Positions 17,834 to 28,550 are shown, counted from the whole stretch's first letter. The stretch is 63,401 bases of DNA, filler included, from Chlamydiia bacterium (GCA_903848235.1; 3 parts of 3 records of this genome joined end to end with filler, not necessarily neighbours in it); one strand, 5' to 3'. The notes: generated by a model not told the origin, from the sequence alone. Program-made: numbers and translations.

Positions 17834-20815
17834 ATGACAGTCCCATCTACCGATGCATTCATAACAGGCTTTCGCTACGGCTCGTTTGTCGTTGATAAGG
17901 CCCGCGATGTCCCCGAGCTGAAGTGCCGCCTGATAGAGCTACGGCATGAAGCTTCAGGAGCTCGTGTCATCCACATTCCCGCTGACGACCCAGAAAATCT
18001 CTTCTGCCTCTCCTTCCAAACTCTCCCCTACTCGTCGAACGGCATCGCCCATGTCCTCGAACACTTGGTCTTATGCGGCTCTGAGAAGTTCCCTGTCCGC
18101 GATCCGTTCTTCTCCATGAGTCGAAGGAGCATGAACACCTTCATGAACGCGCTGACCGGCACGGACTTCACCTGCTACCCTGCAGCATCGCAGATAGAAC
18201 AGGACTTCTACAACCTCCTCGACGTCTACCTCGATGCTGTCTTCCACCCTGCGCTCGCTCCGCTAAGCTTCCTACAAGAAGCCCACCGCCTGGAGTTTGC
18301 AAAGAAGGACAACCCCCTCTCACCATTGACCATCAACGGCGTTGTCTTCAATGAGATGAAAGGTGCTATGGCCCAGCCCATGCGGCGGCTGATGAATGCG
18401 ATGTGCGCCTCACTGTTCCCCGATACGTCATATGGCTTCGACTCCGGAGGAGACCCTCAGGAGATCCCATCGCTGACACTCGACGAGCTCAACGCCTTCC
18501 ATCAGACCTACTACCATCCAAGCCGCTGCCTCTTCTTCTTCTATGGCAATTTCCCACTAGCCCACCATCTAGACTTCATCGAACAGCGTGTGCTCCATAA
18601 TGCTCAAATGCTGCCACCCCATCCGCCGATACCACGCCAGCAGCACCTTCCCCATCCTATCGCCAAGACCATCGAATACCCATGCGCCCATGGCGACAGC
18701 CTCGATAGAAAAGCGTATATCGCCTTCGGCTGGCTCACCGCTGACATTCGCAACCACGTCGAATGCCTTGCGCTATGCCTTCTTGACATCGTGCTCCTTG
18801 AGACTGATGCATCCTTGCTCAAATATCGCCTCCTTCAGTCCGGCCACTGCCGCCAGGTGTCAAGCTCATGCGACACTGAGATGCCACAGGTGCCATTTGT
18901 CATTCTGCTGACAGGCTGTAATACAGAGGATGTCAACCCCATCGCATCGATCATCTTCTCCACCCTCCAAGAGGTCGTCCGTGATGGTCTTCCCATGGAA
19001 AAGATCGAGCATGCCCTCCACCAACTCGAACTAGCAAAGTCCGAAATCGGCAGCGACCATGGGCCGTTTGGGCTATCCCTCTACTCACGGGCAGCGCTGT
19101 TAGCCCACTATGGGGAAGACCCTATGAGAGGCTTAGAAATCCATGCGCTGTTCGACGAGCTGAAAGAGACGCTCGCCACTGACCCATTCTATTTTGCAAA
19201 GCTCATCCAGAAGTACTTCCTTGACAACACCCATGCTGTCCGCATCGTGATGACGCCAAACCCCGATCTCGACGAACACGAGCATGCAATTGCTACAGAG
19301 CACCTCAAAGAGATACGCGCTGCCCTCGATGAAAAGGCATGCCAGAAGATCGTCGACGAAGTCGAACAGCTCAATGCCTTCCAAGAAGAAGATCAGGACC
19401 TCTCCTGCCTACCCTCCATCCATGTGAAGGATGTGCCCACGACCTGTCGCCATATCCACCTCTCAGAAGAGCCAATAGGCAATATCGAATGCTTTTCCCA
19501 TGAAGTGTTTACCAACGACCTCGTCTACCTCGATGTCATGACTCCTATGCCTCGGATTGCCAAAGAGGATCTATGGATGGCGCGGCTGTTCGCAAGCCTG
19601 CTGCCACAGCTTGGCTGCGGCACGAGGGGCTACCAGGAGACACTCGAATACCTCCAGGCCTATACTGGGGGCGTCGGCGCCAGCATGAGCCTAAACGCTC
19701 AGGCGAGCAACGCTCATGCCATCAGCCCTTCATGGCATCTTCGAGGAAAAGCTCTCGGACGAAATGCAGAGCGCCTATGCGACATTCTCAATGACTTCCT
19801 GACGGCGCCACGGTTCGACGACCGCCATCGCATCAAAGAGCTGCTTGAAAAACGCTATACAGATCTCGAAAATGCCATTCCTCACCATGCCCTCGAGTAT
19901 GCTACAAGCCGAGCAAATGCACCGCTGTCAGAGCCTCTCTATATCTCCGAGCTATGGTATGGGTTGTCATACCTCCAGCAGTTGCGAGAGCTTGTTCTCC
20001 ACTATTCAGAGAGGGAAGATGCCTTTTTAGAGAAGATGGAAGCTCTGTCCAAGGCAATGCTTGGCAATAACGGAGTTCACTTGGTGGCATGCTGTGATAG
20101 CAAAACCATGCTGACGATGAAAGAACAGGGGTTCTTTGGCCTTTGCGACCTTCCCAAAAAGGCTTCTCACCCGTGGGAGTCTATCGGCAGCATCCCAGAA
20201 CGCCGAAGAAACCAAGGATATATCATCTCATCCTCAGTCAGCTTTACCGTCGCCAGCACAACGACAGCCTGCTATGCGTCGCCCGACGCTCCGCGCCTCG
20301 CTCTTTTAGCACAACTGATGAACGACACCTTCCTCCATCGTCAGCTGCGAGAGCAAGGGGGGGCGTATGGCGGCGGCGCAGCATCAAACGCCATGGCAGC
20401 CACCTTCTCCTTCTACTCGTATAAAGACCCAAACCTCTTCTCAACACTTCAAGCCTATGAAGCCGCTGTGCAGTTCATTCAAAGTGGCGCGTTTGATGAA
20501 ACAGAATTAGAAGAGGCAAAGCTTGGCGTTCTCCAGGACCTTGACAGCCCTATCGCACCAGGAAGCCGTGCCGAAGTAGCCTATGCATGGCGGCAAACTG
20601 GAAAGACAGAGCCAATGCGCCAGCACTTCCGTGATCTTCTCATTAGGACGAACAAAGAGGATATCTTAACCCTCATCCCGCGGTACTTTCCCACAGGGTG
20701 GAGTACCAACGCCTTTGTCGCCTTCGCCGGAAAGGAGCTCCTCGAAAAAGAGCAGCCGCTGTTTGAGGGGATGGGAAGCGCTCTTGAGATCAGGGCTGCG
20801 TCAGGGCCTTGCTGA
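17834..20815 (+). CDS. M16C insulinase/presequence-protease-like metallopeptidase
   Basis: HVLEH inverted zinc motif, KFPVRDPFF, TFMNALT, LREQGGAYGG. Confidence 0.92.
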   Translation: MTVPSTDAFITGFRYGSFVVDKARDVPELKCRLIELRHEASGARVIHIPADDPENLFCLSFQTLPYSSNGIAHVLEHLVLCGSEKFPVRDPFFSMSRRSMNTFMNALTGTDFTCYPAASQIEQDFYNLLDVYLDAVFHPALAPLSFLQEAHRLEFAKKDNPLSPLTINGVVFNEMKGAMAQPMRRLMNAMCASLFPDTSYGFDSGGDPQEIPSLTLDELNAFHQTYYHPSRCLFFFYGNFPLAHHLDFIEQRVLHNAQMLPPHPPIPRQQHLPHPIAKTIEYPCAHGDSLDRKAYIAFGWLTADIRNHVECLALCLLDIVLLETDASLLKYRLLQSGHCRQVSSSCDTEMPQVPFVILLTGCNTEDVNPIASIIFSTLQEVVRDGLPMEKIEHALHQLELAKSEIGSDHGPFGLSLYSRAALLAHYGEDPMRGLEIHALFDELKETLATDPFYFAKLIQKYFLDNTHAVRIVMTPNPDLDEHEHAIATEHLKEIRAALDEKACQKIVDEVEQLNAFQEEDQDLSCLPSIHVKDVPTTCRHIHLSEEPIGNIECFSHEVFTNDLVYLDVMTPMPRIAKEDLWMARLFASLLPQLGCGTRGYQETLEYLQAYTGGVGASMSLNAQASNAHAISPSWHLRGKALGRNAERLCDILNDFLTAPRFDDRHRIKELLEKRYTDLENAIPHHALEYATSRANAPLSEPLYISELWYGLSYLQQLRELVLHYSEREDAFLEKMEALSKAMLGNNGVHLVACCDSKTMLTMKEQGFFGLCDLPKKASHPWESIGSIPERRRNQGYIISSSVSFTVASTTTACYASPDAPRLALLAQLMNDTFLHRQLREQGGAYGGGAASNAMAATFSFYSYKDPNLFSTLQAYEAAVQFIQSGAFDETELEEAKLGVLQDLDSPIAPGSRAEVAYAWRQTGKTEPMRQHFRDLLIRTNKEDILTLIPRYFPTGWSTNAFVAFAGKELLEKEQPLFEGMGSALEIRAASGPC

Positions 20816-20834
20816 CACCAGAGGTTTTTTTTTG

Positions 20835-20861
20835 ATAAGCGCCACCTTCTGTGGCGCTTAT
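20835..20861. terminator. Hairpin between convergent genes (probable terminator)
   Basis: ATAAGCGCCAC-cttct-GTGGCGCTTAT perfect 11-bp stem. Confidence 0.55.
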
Positions 20862-20868
20862 GGATCTT

Positions 20869-21567
20869 TCAGAGTGGGGAGGGTTTGAAATCGCGGCGTG
20901 CAAAAATCAAATCACAGGACTTTTTCTCCACCAACGAAAATCCCTTGCTATCGAGTAATTGAACGAAACGAGGGTCTTTGTAATTATCTTCAACGGTAAT
21001 AACATCGATCAAGCACTTAGAAAAATCAATACTCTCGAGGATATCATATTCTCCTCCCTCAGTATCGATGCTCAGAAAATTCACATGGGTAATCCCATTG
21101 CTCTCCATCAGATCATTAAAGGTATAGCATTGCACACGAATCTCTTTTGAATACCCGCCTGCCTCTCGCAACTCTCGGTTTAGTCTTTCCACATGACGAG
21201 GATCGTATTTGTCGATAAGCCCGCCGAGGGCTGCCACTTCTGACATGTATAAGTATTTCGCCTCCCCTGGCTTATCACTCACACATCCCTGGATGCACTG
21301 GCATTTTCGATTCTGTTTGAGCTTTTCAAATATATCAGGATTAGGCTCTACACAGATTCCTCCCCAGCCAAGCTCATTTTCGAAAAAAAAGGCGTTGCTG
21401 TAGGTAACACCGTCGAAAGCACCTATCTCAACGAACGTGCCGCCTTTCATGCCGTTAAAATACTTCTCATTAACAAATTGATCCTGACTATATTGCCCGT
21501 AGTATGTTGCAAAGGCGCTCTGCTGAATCGCAAGAGCTACCAAAAGACTCAAAATACATCTTTTCAT
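20869..21567 (-). CDS. FkbM-family methyltransferase with signal peptide
   Basis: YGQYSQD, FVEIGAFDG, WGGICVEPNP, FLSIDTEGGEYDIL. Confidence 0.88.
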   Translation of the reverse strand: MKRCILSLLVALAIQQSAFATYYGQYSQDQFVNEKYFNGMKGGTFVEIGAFDGVTYSNAFFFENELGWGGICVEPNPDIFEKLKQNRKCQCIQGCVSDKPGEAKYLYMSEVAALGGLIDKYDPRHVERLNRELREAGGYSKEIRVQCYTFNDLMESNGITHVNFLSIDTEGGEYDILESIDFSKCLIDVITVEDNYKDPRFVQLLDSKGFSLVEKKSCDLIFARRDFKPSPL

Positions 21568-21621
21568 GCTTCTTCCCTTTCTTTTCGGTTCCGCACATAC
21601 CACCTATGCCTTTCGTTACTC

Positions 21622-22638
21622 TTACAAAGCCTTAACAAGAAGCTTCTCCCAGCTATTTTTCCATGCTATCCCCTGCTGCACCTCAGCGCCAAACCGTCTT
21701 CCTACTTCCTCGAGCAGCGCTCGGAGACAGGAAGAATCGGAGAGCTCGGGGAAGAAATGCTCTTTATAAAAACTCTTAAGGATATCAGAGGCAAGCCCTG
21801 GCACAACGAAGAAATCAGCTCCTATGGCAAGAGCAGAGCCAAAGCCCTGTGCCAGAGCATGTTCTACATGTCGATAGTAGTGGTCAACGGTAGGCCCGAT
21901 AAACCTGCGAATGGCTGTCAGCCCAATCACACCCCCGCGACGGACAATCTCTTGTGCAAATTCATCAGGAATATTTCTTGGAACATCGGTGACGGAACGA
22001 AAATTGGAATGGCTTGCCATTACCTGCAGAGGACTTTTCGTCTCGTCAAGATAGGTAAGAATATCACAAGCCAGCTGGTCTGAGGCATGGCTTAAGTCCA
22101 CAGCCGTCACATACCCTCTGATAGCATCAAGGACACGTCGCCCATCATCCTTCAGCCCTGCGGTTGAAAGCGCTCCGCCTCCGCAGCGATTTTCTTGATT
22201 CCAGGTGAGGCTGACATACAAAGGGCTAATGCCAGTAGAAAATACTTTTTTCAACCGCCGCAAGCCGCGCTCGAAAGGCTCTGTCTCCCCTAAGAATGTC
22301 GAACAATTTTCAATCGCACAGCAGGTGGCAATCTTTCCATCCACACGTTCTTTAAGAGGACAAAAGTGTTCACTATATCGCTGATGTAGAGCGGTATACA
22401 AAGCGCTCTGACGGGCAAGCTGATATTCAGACTTCCGCCTTGTCTGTGAAAAGGCGACGACAACAAGAATCCCCACACCACCTGCTTGCAGCTGCTCTAT
22501 TGAAGAGCGCGTCGCACTGTCATGAGGGCTATGCGACGGTGAGGCGACAAGATAGCTTAAAAGATCATTATGCAGATCGATGACCTTGTTCTCTTTCCAA
22601 ACTGTCTGATACTCTTCGTGATACACATCAGCCTCCAA
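21622..22638 (-). CDS. Membrane dipeptidase (peptidase M19)
   Basis: IDLHNDLL, SLTWN, VDLSHAS, ASHSN, IGADF; start uncertain. Confidence 0.88.
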   Translation of the reverse strand: MEADVYHEEYQTVWKENKVIDLHNDLLSYLVASPSHSPHDSATRSSIEQLQAGGVGILVVVAFSQTRRKSEYQLARQSALYTALHQRYSEHFCPLKERVDGKIATCCAIENCSTFLGETEPFERGLRRLKKVFSTGISPLYVSLTWNQENRCGGGALSTAGLKDDGRRVLDAIRGYVTAVDLSHASDQLACDILTYLDETKSPLQVMASHSNFRSVTDVPRNIPDEFAQEIVRRGGVIGLTAIRRFIGPTVDHYYRHVEHALAQGFGSALAIGADFFVVPGLASDILKSFYKEHFFPELSDSSCLRALLEEVGRRFGAEVQQGIAWKNSWEKLLVKAL

Positions 22639-22650
22639 AGGGAAGAATGT

Positions 22651-24072
22651 ATGGTAACGATGGATTTAGAGTTCTTCAAGAAGTACTTTCACGAAAACCG
22701 GGGTTCTATTGAAAAAACCTATACTGAGTTTCTCCGTTTCAGAACGGTCAGCTCAGATCCGGATGCTATGCCCGACCTGAAGGCATGCGCCACCTGGCTT
22801 CAGAACCGCCTTCGTGCCAATGGATGCACCGTTGAAGAATGGGATGGTGGCGGAGCGCCGATTGTCTTCGCCTCACTTCGCTCTGAGAAGGACGATGTGC
22901 CCACAGTACTCATCTATAATCACTATGACGTTCAGCCTGTCGATCCTCTCGACGAGTGGAGAAGCAACCCATTTGAGGCATACTTCGAGCAAGATACCGT
23001 CTATGCTCGCGGTGCCCAAGATAATAAAGGGCAGTGCCTCTATGTCCTCTTAGCGCTTGATGCTCTTTGCGCGGCTAAGAGTCTTCCCTGCCATGTGAAA
23101 TGTATCATCGAAGGTGAAGAGGAAAATGGCAGCGCCTCTCTTACCAAACTCATCAACACAAAAAAGAAAGAGCTGGCAGCAGATTATACCATGATTGTTG
23201 ACGTTGGAATGCGTCATCCAGACGTACCGGCGATCAGCCTTGGAACCCGAGGGTTAGTCAATCTGACACTAACCATCAAAGGCACAAATCAAGATCTCCA
23301 TTCTGGCCTTGAAGGAGGCTTAGCATACAACCCCCTTCATGCCATGGCATCAATGCTCTCCGCTCTCAGGGCTTCTGATGGTTCCATCACTGTTCCTGGG
23401 TTTTACGATGACGTACAGATGCCATCCAAAGAGGATCTTGCAACCCTCGCTCAGACATTCGATGAAAAAGCCTGGGAGACGAGGCTCGGGACACCGCCGA
23501 CGGGAGGAGAAAGCTCCTATCCGCCTCTTGTTCGAAATTGGCTCCGTCCGACACTTGAAATTAACGGTATTCATGGCGGTTATGGCGGCGCTGGAAGCAA
23601 AACCGTCATCCCGAAAGAAGCGATCGCCAAGATCTCCTGCCGTCTTGTGCCGAATCAAGATCCAGTGATCACTGGCAACAAGGTGCGGGCATATCTGCTC
23701 TCCTTAGCCCCTAAGGGAGTGACGGTAGACGTCACAATCCACGAAGGAATGGGACGGGCAACGCGGACATCGAACTCATCTCCCGGGGTCACGGCATTCG
23801 CAAGAGCATTAGAACTTGTATGGAATAAAAAACCAGAATTCATCTTGGATGGCGCTTCTATTCCCATCATCCCGCTTCTTCAAGAAGCCTCTGGCGGTGA
23901 GATCATCGCCTGGGGTGTTGGGCTCCCCTCAGATCGCATCCACGCTCCGAACGAGCGATTTGATTTCAGAAGAATGGAACAAGGCTTTATTTCGTTGTGT
24001 ATGGGACTTTATTTTTTCAGAAAACCTTCCCATCGACCCGCTGATGCTAACCCACAGCCTCTTCAGTCGTAA
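22651..24072 (+). CDS. M20 family dipeptidase
   Basis: YNHYDVQP, ARGAQDNKGQ, EGEEENGS, DLHSG, IHAPNE. Confidence 0.9.
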   Translation: MVTMDLEFFKKYFHENRGSIEKTYTEFLRFRTVSSDPDAMPDLKACATWLQNRLRANGCTVEEWDGGGAPIVFASLRSEKDDVPTVLIYNHYDVQPVDPLDEWRSNPFEAYFEQDTVYARGAQDNKGQCLYVLLALDALCAAKSLPCHVKCIIEGEEENGSASLTKLINTKKKELAADYTMIVDVGMRHPDVPAISLGTRGLVNLTLTIKGTNQDLHSGLEGGLAYNPLHAMASMLSALRASDGSITVPGFYDDVQMPSKEDLATLAQTFDEKAWETRLGTPPTGGESSYPPLVRNWLRPTLEINGIHGGYGGAGSKTVIPKEAIAKISCRLVPNQDPVITGNKVRAYLLSLAPKGVTVDVTIHEGMGRATRTSNSSPGVTAFARALELVWNKKPEFILDGASIPIIPLLQEASGGEIIAWGVGLPSDRIHAPNERFDFRRMEQGFISLCMGLYFFRKPSHRPADANPQPLQS

Positions 24073-24184
24073 AATAATGGATCAGCAGAATCCCACTTCC
24101 CTTCCACCTACTCCTTAGAGTAAAATGGAAACTTCATTTCCCCATTATAGGGGTTCAATTGTTGGTAACGTAGGAGTCGCAATC

Positions 24185-25624
24185 ATGATGCACCGATGCA
24201 GGATGCTTTCTTTTCTTCGATGTATGACCTGTCTGTCTATCTGCGGAGTTGTTCCTCTCATGGCGCAATCCTCAGACAGCATGCCAAAGGTAACCCATAG
24301 TTTTTCTCAGCCGTTTATTGACGCTGCAAAAAAAGCTCAGCCAAGTGTCGTTTCCATTAAGTCTCGGATGAAAAAAGGATCTTCACAGTCCTGGCAGCGA
24401 GATGACGACCAAGATGAGATAAGCCCCGATGAGTTCTGGGAGCGTTTTTTTGGAATGCCATCTCCTGACCGACACAGTCGTCAGCCAAAATCTCACATTG
24501 CCTATGGCTCAGGGTTTATTGTCTCCCCTGATGGCTACGTATTGACCAATAACCACGTCGTAGAAAAGGCTGATGACATCACTGTCACCACGACGGAAGG
24601 CAAAGAATACCGAGCAAAGAAAATCGGCACCGATCCAAGTACTGACATCGCAATTTTGAAAATTGATGCTCAAAATCTTCTACCCTTATGTCTCGCCGAT
24701 TCTTCGCTCGTTGAAGTCGGGGAGTGGGTGCTGGCTGTTGGAAACCCCTTTGGCCTGCAAGCATCCGTCACCTCTGGCATCATCAGTGCCAAAGGCCGTT
24801 CTGACTTAGATATTGTTCGCGTAGAACAATTCTTCCAGACAGATGCTGCCATCAATATGGGCAACTCTGGCGGCCCTCTTGTCAACCTTCACGGTGATGT
24901 AATTGGCATGAACACAGCCATCGCCAGCAATACCGGCGGGCACATGGGTATTGGCTTTGCCATCCCCAGTAACTTGCTCAAAGATGTCATGAAAGAGCTC
25001 ATCGAACATGGGCATCTGTCACGAGGGTATCTTGGCGTCGCCCTTCAACGTGTCGATGCTGATATTGCTGCTGCCGTAGGCCTTTGCAAACCTCAGGGAG
25101 CGCTTGTCTCAGAAGTTCTGCCAGGAGGCGCTGCTGAGAGCGCAGGGCTGCAATCAGGCGACGTAATCCTTGAGCTAAATGGAATACCGATCGAAAGCCT
25201 TGGTTCTTTCAGAGGTGACATTACTCTCAGCAAACCTGGTCAAAAAGTGACCATGAAAGTTCGCCGGAATACTCAAGACATCATGATCACTGCCACCATC
25301 TCTGAAAACCGAGAAGCAGAAGGACAGGGCGGGGTCATTGCAGATACGTACGGGCTGATGCTCGAACCCATCACTGCAGAACTTGCCAAGAAGTATAATC
25401 TAGAGGCGAAGACAGGGCTATTAATTGTGCAGATCGACCCAGAGTCTTCTTCCTACCAAGCAGGCCTGCGAGCTGGATATGTGGTCTTAGCTGTCAACGG
25501 CACCGCTGTAGCCTCTGTTGATGAATTTGCACAAGCAGTGCAGAAAAGTGAGGCTGGAGGACGGCTATTGCTTCAGATCAAAGTCGGACAAAGCATCCGC
25601 TTTGTTCCTCTCACAGTTGAATAG
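24185..25624 (+). CDS. htrA: DegP/HtrA serine protease with two PDZ domains
   Basis: GSGFIV, TNNHVV, DIAILK, TDAAINMGNSGGPL; AGGAG RBS before ATG 24185. Confidence 0.93.
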   Translation: MMHRCRMLSFLRCMTCLSICGVVPLMAQSSDSMPKVTHSFSQPFIDAAKKAQPSVVSIKSRMKKGSSQSWQRDDDQDEISPDEFWERFFGMPSPDRHSRQPKSHIAYGSGFIVSPDGYVLTNNHVVEKADDITVTTTEGKEYRAKKIGTDPSTDIAILKIDAQNLLPLCLADSSLVEVGEWVLAVGNPFGLQASVTSGIISAKGRSDLDIVRVEQFFQTDAAINMGNSGGPLVNLHGDVIGMNTAIASNTGGHMGIGFAIPSNLLKDVMKELIEHGHLSRGYLGVALQRVDADIAAAVGLCKPQGALVSEVLPGGAAESAGLQSGDVILELNGIPIESLGSFRGDITLSKPGQKVTMKVRRNTQDIMITATISENREAEGQGGVIADTYGLMLEPITAELAKKYNLEAKTGLLIVQIDPESSSYQAGLRAGYVVLAVNGTAVASVDEFAQAVQKSEAGGRLLLQIKVGQSIRFVPLTVE

Positions 25625-25660
25625 AAGAGCTTTCTACTGAACATTCTCTGATCCTGTCGT

Positions 25661-25688
25661 AAGCCCGGGAGAAAATCCCGGGCTTTTT
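25661..25688 (+). terminator. Intrinsic terminator after htrA
   Basis: AAGCCCGGGA-gaaaa-TCCCGGGCTT followed by T-run. Confidence 0.75.
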
Positions 25689-25853
25689 ATACCCAAACAA
25701 GTTGAAGAATCGGAAATTTGCCAACGCCGAAGGCCACAGATTCGATTCCGAAAAAAACAGGCTCACTATTAGCTATAGGGCCTGTTTTTTTCGGAGTCGA
25801 AGACGGGGCTTTCGGCTGAGGCAAAAACCGATTCTTCAACTTGTTTGGGTATA
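25688..25853. repeat. Palindromic MITE/REP-like element, family A, copy 2
   Basis: TATACCCAAACAAGTTGAAGAATCGG...CCGATTCTTCAACTTGTTTGGGTATA perfect terminal IR; homologous to 8788-8950. Confidence 0.85.
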
Positions 25854-25962
25854 CTACACCTCCCACGCACGAACAAACGCACTTTGGACAACCCATGGCG
25901 TCTGTTGAGAGCTTCCTTGCAGTGGTCTAGGCTGGGCCTGTGAGTCACCAAGCGAACAATGT

Positions 25963-26045
25963 GTCAACTACCCCTCCCTAAAGGAAGGGGCTTGTAGCAG
26001 ACTGCAAAGGCCGCTACCATTGGCTCGTTGACAAATGCCGTTGAC
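25963..26045 (+). mobile_element. IS200/IS605-superfamily (ISC/IscB-type) end sequence, non-autonomous remnant
   Basis: GTCAACTACCCCTCCCTAAAGGAAGGGGCTTG hairpin, with complementary GTTGAC at 26027 and 26040. Confidence 0.6.
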
Positions 26046-26407
26046 GAGACAGCAGACTCGCCAAGCTTCAGTAGGTTGATCGCTGCATTGCGATCGTTGT
26101 GCTGATAGCTTCCACATCTAGGACACGTAAAAGGTATCCTCCAAGGCTCGGGTGAACTGTTCTGAGGGATCTTTTTTCGTCAAAATGAGATCGTACTTCA
26201 TGGGCGTTTTCCTCAATGTTTTGTTTACAGTACAAAAACTTTATTGAGGATACGCCCATTTCATCTCAGGGCCTTCTGATTAGAAATTCTTAACAGTTTT
26301 TGGCGAATATCCTAGACAGCAATCCTCGCAAGTATGCAGGCTCATACGCCGCATTGCGCCTTACATCGGCCATTCCTCGACTCGGATCGAGGGTCCTGAC
26401 AATGTTC

Positions 26408-26507
26408 NNNNNNNNNNNNNNNNNNNNNNNNNNNNNNNNNNNNNNNNNNNNTTAATTAATTAANNNNNNNNNNNNNNNNNNNNNNNNNNNNNNNNNNNNN
26501 NNNNNNN
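26408..26507. other. Artificial contig linker
   Basis: N-run with central TTAATTAATTAA (stops in six frames), 100 nt. Confidence 0.98.
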
Positions 26508-26623
26508 CAAGCTCTCCAAAGATCTTGAAAATCGGTGAATCTGCAGCAAGTTTGATGGTCATGTCTACCCCTATAGAAAAAATCAGGGATACACAGCACA
26601 CCTAGACGTAGGTATTTGTCAAT

Positions 26624-27214
26624 TTATTCTTCATGCAATCGCCCTGGCGCCAACAATGACCCGATTGTTTCTAAACTGTGTCCTTGGAAATGAGCTTTAC
26701 TTTTCTGAAGCACGCCAGACCATTTTTTGCTTTCCATGGCTTCGAATATTGGATTTTTTCTTGATGTTTTCATCACAATATATAGGCGCCCGCCGGGCTT
26801 TAGAGCTGCGAATATTTTTTTAAGAGCTCCGAGCTGATCCTCAATCCAGTGAAAGGCCTCAAAACTTATCGCCCTGTCAAATTTGTCTTTCATATCAAAC
26901 TTGGTAGCATCAATCCGCTCAAATGATACGTTAGGAACATCGCAATACGATTTTTGAGCTTCGCGGATCATGTTTGCAGAGATATCGATACCTAGGACAT
27001 TGCCCTTGGGAACGCGCTTTGCTATTTCGATGGTAAGTCGTCCCTCGCCGCATCCGACGTCAAGGACTCTTTCATCTTCTTTGAATTGCATCGAATCGAG
27101 GACGCTTATCCCTAACTGAAATTGGTTGCCAGAATTTTTTTTATAATATTCTGCATTCCAACGATCTACTGCTGAAGTGAATCCCACTCTTCCTCCTTTG
27201 AAGGTGGCTCGCAA
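26624..27214 (-). CDS. Class I SAM-dependent methyltransferase (Tam-like), C-terminus possibly truncated
   Basis: WNAEYYKKNS, RVLDVGCGEG, LGIDISANMI, AFHWIEDQ, LKPGG. Confidence 0.75.
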   Translation of the reverse strand: MRATFKGGRVGFTSAVDRWNAEYYKKNSGNQFQLGISVLDSMQFKEDERVLDVGCGEGRLTIEIAKRVPKGNVLGIDISANMIREAQKSYCDVPNVSFERIDATKFDMKDKFDRAISFEAFHWIEDQLGALKKIFAALKPGGRLYIVMKTSRKNPIFEAMESKKWSGVLQKSKAHFQGHSLETIGSLLAPGRLHEE

Positions 27215-27229
27215 CGGCCCCCTAGATGG

Positions 27230-28222
27230 CGCGCAAGAAAATCTTCTGTTGCGGCGGCAAGACGGAGCACATTCTCAGGTCGACGAATGTCATGCCCTCC
27301 ATTTGGAAAAACAAGATACTCAACTGGAAGCAACGTTTTTCTCATAGCAGCGACAATTTAATCACTTTCAGACTTCTTGACACGAGGATCATTAGTTCCT
27401 TGAACAATAAAGAGGGGCTTTTTTATTTGTTCCACTTGACACATTGGGGATCGAGAGAATAAAAAACCCTCTCCGTCTTTGGATTACCGACCATTTCGTG
27501 CCAGCGAGCAATCTTAGAGGCGGAGTACGAGGGCATAGACTCAAGCAACGTTACGAGATTGGAAGGGCCACAGAAATCCACTCCACAGCAAAATTCATTT
27601 GGAGTGAAGCTTAGGCCAACGAGTGTGGCGTATCCTCCATAACTGCCTCCATGAATCGCGACTTTATCGGGATCGGCTATTCCTTGTTCAATAACCCAGT
27701 TCTTTCCATCAAGGAGATCTGTTTGCATCTTTCCGCCCCACTCACGATTACCGGCATTCAAGTACTTTTTCCCATATCCGATAGATCCTCGATAGTTGAT
27801 TTGGAGCACGGCATAGCCCCGATTAGCAAAAAGCTAAACAGCTGGCTGAAAGCCCCAAGAATCTCGCTCCCATGGCCCACCATGGACGAATACAATCACT
27901 GGGAGATGTTTGGGGTCTTTACCAACAGGCAGGGTCAGATACCCAAATAATTGCATGCCGTCTCGTGCTTGAAAGGCAATTGGTGTCATCGCGCTAAATG
28001 TGTAGCGTTCAAGATCTGACCTTGTGCTAAAGAGCAACTCCATCTTTTTTGTTTTGCGATGGTAGAGATAAAAACGATGAGGATGTTGATCTGAGATCAA
28101 AGAAATGACCCAATTTTGATTGCTAAGATCTCGGCTGACTATGTCAAATGTTCCTTCTTTACAAAGTACGCAGAGTTCTTCAAAGTCCGAAATTAATTGG
28201 GCATCGAGAGGGATCCACTCAA
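27230..28222 (-). pseudogene. S9 acylaminoacyl/dipeptidyl aminopeptidase pseudogene
   Basis: Fragments in different frames: VHGGPWERD (27834-28100), NYRGS and GGSYGG (27423-27809), then DPRVKKSESD*IVAA...VEYLVFPNGGH with an internal stop; 5' part missing. Confidence 0.85.
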
Positions 28223-28388
28223 GTGGGGTGAGACAAACGCTCGTTCCTCGCGTCTGTCTTAGCTTGTGTTGTTACAGTTTTTACATCCAAATGTCTTAAC
28301 CGAGATTTCTCTCGTCTTGTTGAGACAAGAACGAGCTGGACAAAATCGCTAAGACAGACGCGAGGAACGAGCGTTTGTCTCACCCCAC
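28223..28388. repeat. Palindromic MITE-like element, family B
   Basis: 41-bp perfect terminal IR GTGGGGTGAGACAAACGCTCGTTCCTCGCGTCTGTCTTAGC. Confidence 0.75.
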
Positions 28389-28550
28389 CATGAGGCATAC
28401 AAATTCATGTGTTGTCCAGGCTTTCTTGTTACAAAGTGCAACCAAACGTTCTTTTTCGGTCATACATGCGTCCAAAACACCCTGGAGCACAGGTTCGAAT
28501 ACTACGTTACTCATTGTCTCCTCCATGTATACGGCTCGAGATATATTGTA

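Noticed and set aside
21478..22083. Long antisense or shadow ORFs (also 51911-52555, 56543-57127, 62329-62877)
   Set aside because: Overlap well-supported genes and show no recognisable motifs.
17834..25624. Peptidase cluster (M16, M19, M20, HtrA) as a novel system
   Set aside because: Mixed orientations and ordinary chlamydial housekeeping proteases.
26068..26407. Short minus-strand ORFs near the contig end
   Set aside because: No recognisable motif; cannot be supported.
26408..26507. TTAATTAATTAA palindrome in N-run (also 55762-55861)
   Set aside because: Artificial contig linker; adjacency across it (e.g. rtcB next to the SSS genes) is not biological evidence.
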